This document shows, piece after piece, positions 9,185 to 17,587 of a stretch of DNA of 64,000 bases (position 1 is the stretch's first letter; every line of letters begins with the position of its first letter). The position numbers were made by a program, and so were the translations under genes. Below the pieces are notes generated by a model. The model saw nothing but the letters and a program-made list of their open reading frames with translations. It was not told where the DNA came from and made no database searches. The stretch comes from Candidatus Dormiibacterota bacterium (lineage in GTDB: Bacteria > Chloroflexota > Dormibacteria > Aeolococcales > Aeolococcaceae), in assembly GCA_963799005.1 (NCBI GenBank), contig CAWCVK010000001.1, forward strand, positions 988,066 to 1,052,065, given 5' to 3'.

Positions 9185-10684
9185 GTGCGCCGAATCGGAC
9201 ACGCTCTCGCGTCGTTGCGATGGCGTTTGACCCTCACCTTCATCGCCCTGTTGGTGCCGCTGCTCGTGCTGCTCGCGGGTTACCAGTACCTGACGCTGCG
9301 GGCGAGCCTCATCAGCAACCGGGTCGGCGAGATGCAGGCCGACTTCGCGTCGGCGAAACGGCTGATCGCCAGCAATGAGCGGGCGTTGGGCGCCACCACC
9401 ACCGTGGCCCGCCGCTTGTGCGCGACCCACCCGGCTCTGGTCGGCACCGCGGTCGCGAGCGCGGTTTCGACGGTGACCGGCCAGACCGTCCAGGTGGTCG
9501 TGTACAACAGCGACCTCGTCGAGGAAGCGATCGCGCCTGCCGGCGCCAATCCGCCGGTCCTCGACGCCGCGGTGCTCCAGGGCGTGGTGAACCGGGGCAC
9601 ACGCTCCGGCGCCGAGCAGATTGCCAGTGGCAGCGGCGACCAGCTCGTCGTGGGCTTCCCGGTCGTTGCCGGGGTGGCCGCGTGCGGCGTCGCGCAGCTG
9701 TCGGTCTCGATGACGCCGATCACCAACGTGCTCCACGACGAGATCCTGCTGACCACGGCCGGGGGCATCGTGATCCTGCTGCTGGCGCTCGTTCTCGGCG
9801 TGCTGCTCGCCGGCCGGACGCTCCGCCCGATGCGCCGTCTCACCGCCACCGCTGAGCAGCTCGCGGGTGGAGACCTGGGTGCGCGGAGCCGGCTGTCCCC
9901 GAGCCGCGACGAGGTCGGACAGCTTGCGAGCAGCTTCGACCACATGGCCGACCGCATCCAGGAAGCCTTTACGGCCCAGCAGGAGTCCGAAGCGCAGGTG
10001 CGGCGCTTCATCGCCGACGCGTCGCACGAGCTGCGCACACCGCTGACCGCGCTCAAGGGGTACATCGACGTCCTGCGTCGAGGCGCCGGTCGTGAACCCG
10101 CGGCGCTCGACGCCGCGCTCGAGGCGATGAGCAACGAGTCCGAGCGCATGCGCGTGCTGGTGCTCGATCTGCTGACACTCGCGCGCCTGGATGCGCACCG
10201 CGAGTCGCAGGCGGAGGACTTCGACCTCAACGCCACGGTCGAGGGCTTGCTCGCCGAAGGCGTGCCGGGGATGCCCTCGACGGTGGTGCGCAACCTCGGT
10301 TCTCGGCCGCTGCTCGTTCACGCCGATCGCGCAGCGGTCGGCACCATCGTGCGCAACCTCCTCGTCAACGCCTGCAAGTACGCCCCGGGCGCCGCGCAGC
10401 ACTGGAGCACGGCGATCGAAGGAGGCTGGGCGAAGCTCGAGCTGCGCGACGAGGGGCCCGGAATCCAGGCTGCCGACCTGCCCCACGTGTTCGAGCGCTT
10501 CTACCGGGGCGAGAAGACCCGCGCGCGAGAGGAGGGCGGGAGCGGGCTCGGGCTCAGCATCGTGCAGGGACTGGCGCGGGCCCAGGGTGGCGATGTGGCG
10601 ATCCGGAGCACCGAGGGCACGGGCACGACCGTGAGCGTCTGGCTTCCGCTCGCGCCGCTGCCGCCGCCGCCTCCTACAGATTGA
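9185..10684 (+). CDS. Sensor histidine kinase (TM-HAMP-HisKA-HATPase_c)
   Basis: HAMP (RPMRRLTATAEQLAGGDLGAR), H-box FIADASHELRTPLTALKGY, and G-boxes DEGPGI and GGSGLGLSIV. GTG start 3 nt after the regulator stop. Confidence 0.9.
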   Translation: MRRIGHALASLRWRLTLTFIALLVPLLVLLAGYQYLTLRASLISNRVGEMQADFASAKRLIASNERALGATTTVARRLCATHPALVGTAVASAVSTVTGQTVQVVVYNSDLVEEAIAPAGANPPVLDAAVLQGVVNRGTRSGAEQIASGSGDQLVVGFPVVAGVAACGVAQLSVSMTPITNVLHDEILLTTAGGIVILLLALVLGVLLAGRTLRPMRRLTATAEQLAGGDLGARSRLSPSRDEVGQLASSFDHMADRIQEAFTAQQESEAQVRRFIADASHELRTPLTALKGYIDVLRRGAGREPAALDAALEAMSNESERMRVLVLDLLTLARLDAHRESQAEDFDLNATVEGLLAEGVPGMPSTVVRNLGSRPLLVHADRAAVGTIVRNLLVNACKYAPGAAQHWSTAIEGGWAKLELRDEGPGIQAADLPHVFERFYRGEKTRAREEGGSGLGLSIVQGLARAQGGDVAIRSTEGTGTTVSVWLPLAPLPPPPPTD

Positions 10685-11417
10685 AGGGCGACTGAAAGGA
10701 GAGCCCGCTCAGCACGGTCAGCTGCCCGGTCGCCATCAGCAGGCCGAACCCGAAGAGGATTGCGCCGGCGACGATGCTGATCACCCGGAGGTGCCGGTTG
10801 ATGCTGCGGAGCACCCCCTGCAGCCGGTCGGCAAGCAGCGCGACGAGCAGGAAGGGGACCGCCAGCCCAAGGCAGTAGAGGACCATGAACGGGAGGCCGC
10901 CATACTCGCGGTTCTGGGCGAGGGTGAGGATGGCGCCGAGCTGTGGCCCGAGGCATGGCAGCCATCCGGCCGCGAACGTCAGCCCGAGGAGCAGACCGCC
11001 GGCGGCGCCGTTCGAGACGCCAAGGTGGAACCGCCGCTCACGCTCCAGCCACCCCAATCGCAGGACCCCCATCGTCTGGAGTGCGAGCACCATGATGATC
11101 GCGCCGGCGATCCGGTTGACGAGTACCAGATTGCGCTGGAAGACGGTGATGGCGAGCACCCCCTCGAGGAGGTAGTACTCGGCGATGAACACCACGCTGA
11201 ACCCGATCACGAAAGCGACCCCGGTGGTCATCGCCGAGCTCCGCGCGGAGGTCGTCATGGTTCCGCCGGACGCCCCCGCGAGAGCCGGCTGGCCCGCGCG
11301 TCCGCTCAGATAGGCGGCGTAGGCGGGCATGAGCGGGAACACGCACGGCGACAGGAAGGACACAAGGCCCGCCAGGAACGCGAGCGGGATCGTCGGTCCC
11401 GCTGCCACCCCGATCAC
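10674..11417 (-). CDS. ccdA: Cytochrome c biogenesis / thiol-disulfide transmembrane electron transporter CcdA (DsbD family)
   Basis: 247 aa, 6 TM. FLAGLVSFLSPCVFPLMPAY and the second motif AAGWLPCLGPQL. Confidence 0.85.
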   Translation of the reverse strand: MIGVAAGPTIPLAFLAGLVSFLSPCVFPLMPAYAAYLSGRAGQPALAGASGGTMTTSARSSAMTTGVAFVIGFSVVFIAEYYLLEGVLAITVFQRNLVLVNRIAGAIIMVLALQTMGVLRLGWLERERRFHLGVSNGAAGGLLLGLTFAAGWLPCLGPQLGAILTLAQNREYGGLPFMVLYCLGLAVPFLLVALLADRLQGVLRSINRHLRVISIVAGAILFGFGLLMATGQLTVLSGLSFQSPFNL

Positions 11418-11441
11418 CCCGCTAGGGTAGGTCGGCGGACG

Positions 11442-12776
11442 CTAGGGGGGTCCTTCCACGTAGTAGCGCTGCCGCCACCGAACGTAGACATACAGCGCGA
11501 GCAGCACGAAGAAGACCTCGTAGACGAGCGGGGTCGGCCAGTGGAACGCCGCCTGGGCAAACCGCTGGATGCCGCTGGCGGACGGTGAGGTCGATGCGGG
11601 TTTGACCGCTTGCGGCACCGGCGTCGCGGTCGGCAGCGGGGTGGGCACCGAGGAGGGCACGGGTGCGCCCGACGCCTCGGCGACGAGCGGCGGGGGCGCG
11701 GGCGCGCTGATGTCGCTCTCGAGATAGATCCGGCTGCCGCCGGTCGGGGGGTTGAGCGCCACCACGACCTCGGGGGGCGTGGTCTTGGCGACGGCGATGG
11801 CGTCGACGTTCTTGCTCCCGCTCGGGAGCCCCTGGTCGGCCTTGTGGTAGGTGAGACCACCGTCGGTGGATCGATAGAGGTCGCCGCCGGTGCTGCCTCC
11901 GGCGTCCGCCCCGGCGTAGGCGAGGTTGGGGTCGAGCGGTCCGAACAGGGCGACGCTGAGCGTCAACGCCTGGGGCGCTCCCGTTCCGGCGGTCCACGTC
12001 GCGCCGCCGTCGCCGCTCCGGAAGATCCCCTGGGAGGTCGCCACGATCAGCGGCCGCTTCGGGACCGCCTTGTCGATCTCGCCGGACGTGATCGACGAGA
12101 CCAGCGCGCCGGCAGGCAGCTCCGACTGCAGGACCTCCCAGGCGCCGCCACCGCTGCTGCTGAAGAGATACCCCTGGGCGAGGGTGCCGCTGACCGCCCC
12201 GTCGGCACCTGCGATCACCGTGAACTGCGGATAGTTCGCCGCCACGGCGACCGCCGCGATCGAGTACCTGTCGAGGCCTCCGTCGTGCCAGATGCGGCCG
12301 TTCGGGCTCAGCGCCACCCCTGCGTCGGTTCCGGCGGCGATGCCGTCGAGCCCGAATGCGAGGGACCGGACGTCGAGGCTGCCGAGCCCGTTCGAGGCTG
12401 TCACCCAGGTCGCGCCCGAATCGGCGCTGGCGTAGACGCCCATGCCGTCGGTCCCGGCGAACGCGTCTGACGGGTTGCGCGCGTCGAAGCCGACGGCCCA
12501 GACCCGAATTCCGGCCAGCGTCCGGGTCCAGGTGGCGCCGCTGTCGCGGGAGACGTACACGCCCTTGTCGGTGCCGGCGAGCAGGGTGCTCGGCAGTGAC
12601 GGTTGGACCGAGACGCTCCAGATCTTCCCTGACCCGAGGTCGGGGAGCAGGCCCGTTTTGGCGAATCCGACCGGGGCTGCCGATGCCGGGGCGCTGAATG
12701 CACCCCATCCCACCAACAGGGACACGGCGAGCATGGCGACGCCCGCGGACCGCCGCCACCGGCGAGCCGGCGGCAT
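11442..12776 (-). CDS. Secreted BNR/Asp-box repeat (beta-propeller, Ycf48/sialidase-like) protein with C-terminal TM anchor
   Basis: In-frame ATG 12776 (alternative 12734) within the 11442..13976 ORF. Signal-like AMLAVSLLVGWGAFSAPASA. Repeated SxDxGxTW motifs (SRDSGATW, SADSGATW, SGDGGATW, STDGGLTY). C-terminal hydrophobic VFFVLLALYVYV. Confidence 0.7.
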   Translation of the reverse strand: MPPARRWRRSAGVAMLAVSLLVGWGAFSAPASAAPVGFAKTGLLPDLGSGKIWSVSVQPSLPSTLLAGTDKGVYVSRDSGATWTRTLAGIRVWAVGFDARNPSDAFAGTDGMGVYASADSGATWVTASNGLGSLDVRSLAFGLDGIAAGTDAGVALSPNGRIWHDGGLDRYSIAAVAVAANYPQFTVIAGADGAVSGTLAQGYLFSSSGGGAWEVLQSELPAGALVSSITSGEIDKAVPKRPLIVATSQGIFRSGDGGATWTAGTGAPQALTLSVALFGPLDPNLAYAGADAGGSTGGDLYRSTDGGLTYHKADQGLPSGSKNVDAIAVAKTTPPEVVVALNPPTGGSRIYLESDISAPAPPPLVAEASGAPVPSSVPTPLPTATPVPQAVKPASTSPSASGIQRFAQAAFHWPTPLVYEVFFVLLALYVYVRWRQRYYVEGPP

Positions 12777-12947
12777 GGCGGGCGGACATGAGCGTGTCGG
12801 GTGGTGAGTTCTCAGTGCTGGGCGCTGGAGTGGGTCGGGATGGGGGTGACGGCGCCGCGAGGTCTCGCGCCGCAATCGGGGAGACCGCCCAAGAATAGCG
12901 CGCGTTCCGGGTTTCGCGGCCGCCCTGTCGCGGTATCTGCGATCCAG

Positions 12948-13916
12948 ATGCCAACTGCTTTCAAGGACTATTACGCGATCCTGGGCGTTCCGCGGACGGC
13001 CACCGAGAAGGAGATCCGCACCGCCTTTCGCAAGCTTGCGCGCAAGCACCATCCCGACGTGAACCAGGGCGACAAGGCCGCCGAGGATCGATTCAAGGAG
13101 ATCAACGAGGCCAACGAGGTGCTCGGCGACCCGGAGAAGCGCAAGAAGTACGACGAGCTCGGCCCACGCTGGCAGGAGTACGAGCAGTGGGAGCGCGCCG
13201 GGCGGCCGGGGCCCAATCCCTTCGAGGGCAACGAGCGCTTCGGATACCGGACGGTCTCGCCCGACGAGCTCGAGGGCATGTTCGGTGACCGAGCCCCCTT
13301 CAGCGACTTCTTCCAGCAGTTCTTCGGCGGAGGTGAGGCTCCGGAGGGCTTCGGCTCGGGTCGCGCCCGCCGCCGGGTCGCGCGCCGCGGCCAGGACGTC
13401 GAGGGCGATGCCGAGATCCGCCTCGAGGATGCGTTCGCGGGTTCGGCGCTCACGGTCGACCTCAGCTCCACGGATGGTCCGCGCCGGGTGGAGGTGAGGA
13501 TCCCGGCCGGGATCCACGAGGGCGCCCGGGTGCGTGCTTCCGGACAGGGTGGCGCGGGCCGGGGAGGAGGCCCACGAGGCGACCTCTTCATTCGCGTTCA
13601 CGTCCGTCCGCACGCCGTCTTCACCCGCTCCGGCGACGATCTCAGCGTGCGGGTGGCGACGCCCCTCGCCACCGCGATCGCCGGCGGCACCGTGGGGGTG
13701 CCGACGCTCCGGGGCACCACCGCGCAGCTGTCGATCCCAGCGGGAACGCAGAACGGCGCCCGCCTGCGGCTCCGTGGGCTGGGGATGCCGCACCTCAAGG
13801 GCAGCGGCGCCGGCGACCTCCTCGCCACCGTCGACGTGCGCCTGCCGCACCCGCCCCCCGAAGAGCTGCGCGACTGGGCCCGGTCGCAGCAGACGCCCGC
13901 GCCCGAAGCGGTCTAG
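12948..13916 (+). CDS. J-domain co-chaperone, CbpA/DnaJ class II-like (no zinc finger)
   Basis: ATG 12948. DYYAILGVPRTATEKEIRTAFRKLARKHHPDVN (HPD motif), followed by DnaJ C-terminal domains (GQDVEGDAEIRLEDAF.. GDLLATVDVRLP). Confidence 0.85.
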   Translation: MPTAFKDYYAILGVPRTATEKEIRTAFRKLARKHHPDVNQGDKAAEDRFKEINEANEVLGDPEKRKKYDELGPRWQEYEQWERAGRPGPNPFEGNERFGYRTVSPDELEGMFGDRAPFSDFFQQFFGGGEAPEGFGSGRARRRVARRGQDVEGDAEIRLEDAFAGSALTVDLSSTDGPRRVEVRIPAGIHEGARVRASGQGGAGRGGGPRGDLFIRVHVRPHAVFTRSGDDLSVRVATPLATAIAGGTVGVPTLRGTTAQLSIPAGTQNGARLRLRGLGMPHLKGSGAGDLLATVDVRLPHPPPEELRDWARSQQTPAPEAV

Positions 13917-15571
13917 AAAACCCTCAGCGCGTGCTCGCGCGTGCTCCGCTTGATGGTGCACACGTCGCCCTCGCATGTGGATGCGATCACGTCCACGGTG
14001 AGCAAGCCGCTACCCGGGTCGCCGAGGCGGAGCTCGAGCGTTGCCGGCAGGGCGTCCAGAGCCCATGATCGCGGCCCGGCTGCGAGCAGCGTCTGAGGAT
14101 CGGCGCTCACGCTGACGTGTACCGGGGGCCCCTGGCGAAGGTCGAGGCGCAAACCGTCGAGGTCGACGTCCGCGCTCACGGCGAGCCCGGCGCCGGCGAC
14201 CCCGGCGAATGCCGGACCCTCCCGCTGCGCGGCCTCGCGAGCGTCGCGGATCCGGATCTCGGCGACCACGCCGGTCTTCGCGTCGACCGTGACCACACGG
14301 TGATGGTTCGTGTCCGCGACGATCAGCCGTCCGTCGGGGAGGACATCGAGGCCGCCGGGTTCGTCCATCGCCTCGGCAAGCAGCACGGTCCGCAGCGATC
14401 CGTGCTCCCAGACCCGAAGCAGCGAGTTGAACGTGTCTGCGACCGCGATCGACCCGTCCGGGAACGCCGCCACCCCGAGTGGGTGCTGGAGCTTCGCGGT
14501 GCCCCGGTCGCCGTCGTCGGTCCCCCACTCGAAGAGGCCGCTGCCGACCAGGGTCTCGACCCTGCCGTCGGAGAGGACACGGAGGGCCGACACCTCGGAG
14601 TCCGCGAAGACGATGGCCCCACCCGCCACCGCGGTCAGCCCGCTGGGTTGGGCCAGGTGGGCATCCCGCGCCGGTCCGTCGCGCAGCCCCTCGGCGCGGC
14701 TCCCGGCCAGCACCTCGACCGGTCCGCCCCCGGCCGGCACGGCGACGATCTGGTGCAGGCCGGCCTCGGCGACCGCGATCCTGCCGTCGGGGAGCACGAG
14801 CGCGTCCCAGGGTGACCGCAGGCCGGACGCGAGCACGCGCCGCTCGCCCGCGGGCAGATCGACCGCCACCAGATCGCCTGCGACGGTGTCGCAGACCAGC
14901 AGCCGTTCCGCGTCGAAGCGCACTCCCTGCGGCTGGTGGAATCCCCCGAGCTCGTGGCGGACGCTCCCGTCGAGGTCGCAGATCAGGACGCGGTCATTGC
15001 CGGTGTCCGCGATCGCGATGCGCTCGCCGCCGTCCGAGGCGACCTTGCCCGGAAACGCCAGGGTGCGCTCACCTCGGGCCGGCACGGGCGTGAAGGCCGG
15101 GCCCGTTGCGAGGTCGCTGCGGCCATCCAGGAGCTGCGCGACGACACCCTCGAGCGCGGCGCCGTTTCCCTCGCCGGATGCCATGGCCACGACGTACCCG
15201 TCGGGGTCGATCACGACCAGCGTCGGCCAGGCCCGGACGCCGTACTGCTGCCACGTCTCCAGCTCTGGGTCGTCGAGCACCGGATGCGCGACGCGGTGGC
15301 GGGCCACTGCTCGCGCGACCGCGGCGTGATCGGCCTCGTGGGGGAACTTCGGGGAGTGCACGCCGATCACCACGAGCCGATCCCCGAAACGCGCCTCGAG
15401 CGGTCGCAGCTCCTCGATGACGCGCAGGCAGTTGATGCAGCAAAACGTCCAGAAGTCGAGCAGCACCACGCGTCCGCGAAGGTCGCGCAACGCAAGCGGA
15501 TGATCGGTATTGATCCATCCGCCGGCGCCGCGCAGCTCCGGCCCGCGAACACGTCCGAGCGTGGTTGTCAT
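13913..15571 (-). CDS. Thioredoxin-like (redoxin) domain fused to NHL-repeat beta-propeller (NHLRC2-like)
   Basis: N-terminus GRVVLLDFWTFCCINCLRVIEEL..VIGVHSPKF (CxxC). The remainder has repeated IADTGNDRV / VADTNHHRVV NHL-type blades. Confidence 0.75.
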   Translation of the reverse strand: MTTTLGRVRGPELRGAGGWINTDHPLALRDLRGRVVLLDFWTFCCINCLRVIEELRPLEARFGDRLVVIGVHSPKFPHEADHAAVARAVARHRVAHPVLDDPELETWQQYGVRAWPTLVVIDPDGYVVAMASGEGNGAALEGVVAQLLDGRSDLATGPAFTPVPARGERTLAFPGKVASDGGERIAIADTGNDRVLICDLDGSVRHELGGFHQPQGVRFDAERLLVCDTVAGDLVAVDLPAGERRVLASGLRSPWDALVLPDGRIAVAEAGLHQIVAVPAGGGPVEVLAGSRAEGLRDGPARDAHLAQPSGLTAVAGGAIVFADSEVSALRVLSDGRVETLVGSGLFEWGTDDGDRGTAKLQHPLGVAAFPDGSIAVADTFNSLLRVWEHGSLRTVLLAEAMDEPGGLDVLPDGRLIVADTNHHRVVTVDAKTGVVAEIRIRDAREAAQREGPAFAGVAGAGLAVSADVDLDGLRLDLRQGPPVHVSVSADPQTLLAAGPRSWALDALPATLELRLGDPGSGLLTVDVIASTCEGDVCTIKRSTREHALRVF

Positions 15572-15742
15572 GCGTGCTCATGATGCCGCGCCGCGACCGT
15601 ACGCCGCGTTGCACGGGGACGGGCACCCGAGGACGCTTGATATACTGACGGCAGAGGTAGGTTGGTTCACCGGCCAACGGCGATGCGTGGCGCTGACGGG
15701 CCGTTCACATTCTTTTGAAACTCTCCCTATCCCTTCCTGACC

Positions 15743-15770
15743 GGCAGGGGGTGGCCCTCCGCCCCCTGCC
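15743..15770 (-). terminator. GC-rich hairpin downstream of purA (9-bp stem, 10-nt loop), no U-tract
   Basis: GGCAGGGGG (15743-15751) pairs with CCCCCTGCC (15762-15770), located 24 nt past the purA stop. Confidence 0.5.
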
Positions 15771-15793
15771 ACTTTCCTCGACAGCGGCGCTCG

Positions 15794-17080
15794 TCAGTCG
15801 AGCAGGGACGTGCGCACCAGGGTGTGCTCGCGATCGGGGCCGACCGATACCACGTTGACGCTTGCGCCGCACAGCTCACCGACGCGATCGATGTACGCGC
15901 GACAGGCGGCCGGGAGGTCCTCGTAGGACCGGCATTCGCGGGTCGGCGACATCCACCCGGGGAACTCCTCGTAGATCGGCTCGACGTGCTTGAGGTGCGA
16001 GATGTTCGCCATCGGATGATCCCAGTACTCGCCCTTGCTCGTGTACCCGGTGCAGATCCTCAGCGTCTCGAACTCGTCGAGGACGTCGACCTTGGTCAGC
16101 ACCATCGCGTCGATACCGTTGGTGGCGACGGCGTAGCGCGAGACCGCGGCGTCGAACCAGCCGACCCGGCGGGCGCGCCCGGTTGTGGTGCCGTACTCGG
16201 CGCCGACCTCTCGAAGTTGATCGCCGAGCAGATTGGTCAGCTCGGTGGGGAACGGTCCGTAGCCGACTCTGGTGGTGTAGGCCTTGAACACGCCCACCGT
16301 CCGCGTGATCCGCGACGGCGGAATGCCGCTCCCGGTGCAGGCGCCGCCCGCAGTTGGTGACGATGATGTCACATACGGGTAGGTGCCGAGGTCGATGTCG
16401 AGCATCACCCCCTGAGCGCCTTCGAGAAGGATTCGCCTGTCCGCGGTGAGCGCCTCCTGGATGAGCGGATAGATGTCGCGAATGTACGGATCGATGCGCT
16501 CCGCGTAGCCGAGGTACTCGTCGAGAATCTCGCGCTCGTTGAACGGTTCCGCGCCGTACAGGCGCGTGAGGGTCTCGTTCTTCAGACGCAGCACGAAGCG
16601 CAGCTTCTTCTCGAGGAATGCGGGCTTTTGCAGATCGCCGATGCGAAACCCGATTCGTCGCACCTTGTCCTCGTAGGCGGGACCGATGCCGCGCCAGGTG
16701 GTACCGAGGCGGTCATCGCCGCGCAGCTCCTCGCCGAGCTTGTCGAGGACCGGGTGATACGGCATCACCATGTGCGCCCGTTCGCTGATGACCAGGTTCT
16801 GCGCCGGGACGCCGCCCGCCTGGAGCTCGTCGAGCTCCTGGAGAAACGCCTTCGGATCCACGACCACTCCATGGCCGATGACGCAGGTCGTCTGCGGATA
16901 GAGGATGCCGCTCGGGATCAGGTGAAAGCGATGCTCCTTGCCGCCGGTGACCACCGTGTGGCCCGCGTTGTTTCCGCCCTGGGAGCGGATGACCACGTCG
17001 ACGGTGTCGGCGAGCAGATCGATGACCTTGCCCTTGCCTTCATCGCCCCATTGGCCACCGACCAGAACTGTGACGCTCAT
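15794..17080 (-). CDS. purA: Adenylosuccinate synthase
   Basis: 428 aa. MSVTVLVGGQWGDEGKGKVIDLLA, GNNAGHTV and TTGRARRVGWFD motifs. Confidence 0.95.
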   Translation of the reverse strand: MSVTVLVGGQWGDEGKGKVIDLLADTVDVVIRSQGGNNAGHTVVTGGKEHRFHLIPSGILYPQTTCVIGHGVVVDPKAFLQELDELQAGGVPAQNLVISERAHMVMPYHPVLDKLGEELRGDDRLGTTWRGIGPAYEDKVRRIGFRIGDLQKPAFLEKKLRFVLRLKNETLTRLYGAEPFNEREILDEYLGYAERIDPYIRDIYPLIQEALTADRRILLEGAQGVMLDIDLGTYPYVTSSSPTAGGACTGSGIPPSRITRTVGVFKAYTTRVGYGPFPTELTNLLGDQLREVGAEYGTTTGRARRVGWFDAAVSRYAVATNGIDAMVLTKVDVLDEFETLRICTGYTSKGEYWDHPMANISHLKHVEPIYEEFPGWMSPTRECRSYEDLPAACRAYIDRVGELCGASVNVVSVGPDREHTLVRTSLLD

Positions 17081-17194
17081 AGCGGCGCGAAGCGTACTTG
17101 ACGGCGCCGGATCGAGTGGCTTGTTTAGCCCGGGCCGCTAAGGGAAAACCTGTTCAGTGCCGGGATTTTGGACCTGGCAGGAACGAGAGAGCAC

Positions 17195-17380
17195 ATGGCA
17201 GACAAGAGCCCGTTGACGGAGTTGACCGAGCAGCTTCCCCCGGAGTGGAAGTGGGCTGCGCTGTTCCACGCGCCCGAGGGTTTCGAGCGCGAGTGGCGCG
17301 CGTGGCTGGGTGCGGCGGCGCACGAGGAAGAGCTTTCCCTGCTGCGCTGGTGGGGTCAGCGGGCCGACAAGGCCGCCTGA
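17195..17380 (+). CDS. Small Trp-rich hypothetical protein (61 aa from ATG 17195; ORF opens at TTG 17168)
   Basis: MADKSPLTELTEQLPPEWKWAALFHAPEGFEREWRAWLGAAAHEEELSLLRWWGQRADKAA. Purine-rich stretch before the ATG and a stem-loop 8 nt after the stop. No family recognised. Confidence 0.35.
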   Translation: MADKSPLTELTEQLPPEWKWAALFHAPEGFEREWRAWLGAAAHEEELSLLRWWGQRADKAA

Positions 17381-17387
17381 TCGTTCT

Positions 17388-17412
17388 CCGCCCTCGCGCC
17401 GATCGAGGGCGG
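17388..17412 (+). terminator. Hairpin after the small ORF (9-bp stem CCGCCCTCG/CGAGGGCGG, 7-nt loop)
   Basis: Read directly. Starts 8 nt after the TGA at 17378-17380. No T-tract. Confidence 0.45.
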
Positions 17413-17575
17413 GGCCGGGGGGTCAAGGCGCGGCGCTGTTGGCGCTTTGTGAGCCTTTCGGCGTCTGGGTGAGCCTGTCGGGCTGCGCGCGTCTGTAGGG
17501 ACGCTTGATGGGCAGCACGCCCGCCGTGTACTGCGGCCCCACGCATCCGAGCGTCGCGCGCACGAACGTCTGTTC

Positions 17576-17581
17576 TATAAT
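17576..17581 (+). promoter_or_regulatory. Consensus -10 box TATAAT, 6 nt upstream of ATG 17588 (leaderless transcript candidate)
   Basis: The sequence is gttcTATAATactgcgATG. This spacing puts the expected transcription start on the A of the ATG. Confidence 0.5.
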
Positions 17582-17587
17582 ACTGCG

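Noticed and set aside
8165-10486. 773-aa ORF on the minus strand spanning the two-component system
   Set aside because: It is antisense to clearly recognisable response-regulator and histidine-kinase genes. The product is Arg/Gly/Asp-rich and low-complexity with no motifs, the typical shadow ORF of high-GC DNA.
12777-13976. Upstream 400 codons of the 844-aa ORF 11442..13976
   Set aside because: This part is antisense to the J-domain chaperone gene (HPD motif on the plus strand). The BNR protein has a credible signal peptide starting at ATG 12776, so the extension is spurious.
15572-15742. Possible promoter (TATATC at ~15642) or regulatory RNA upstream of the Trx-NHL gene
   Set aside because: There is no convincing -35 or spacing, no conserved structure and no family resemblance. 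The evidence is insufficient for a feature call.
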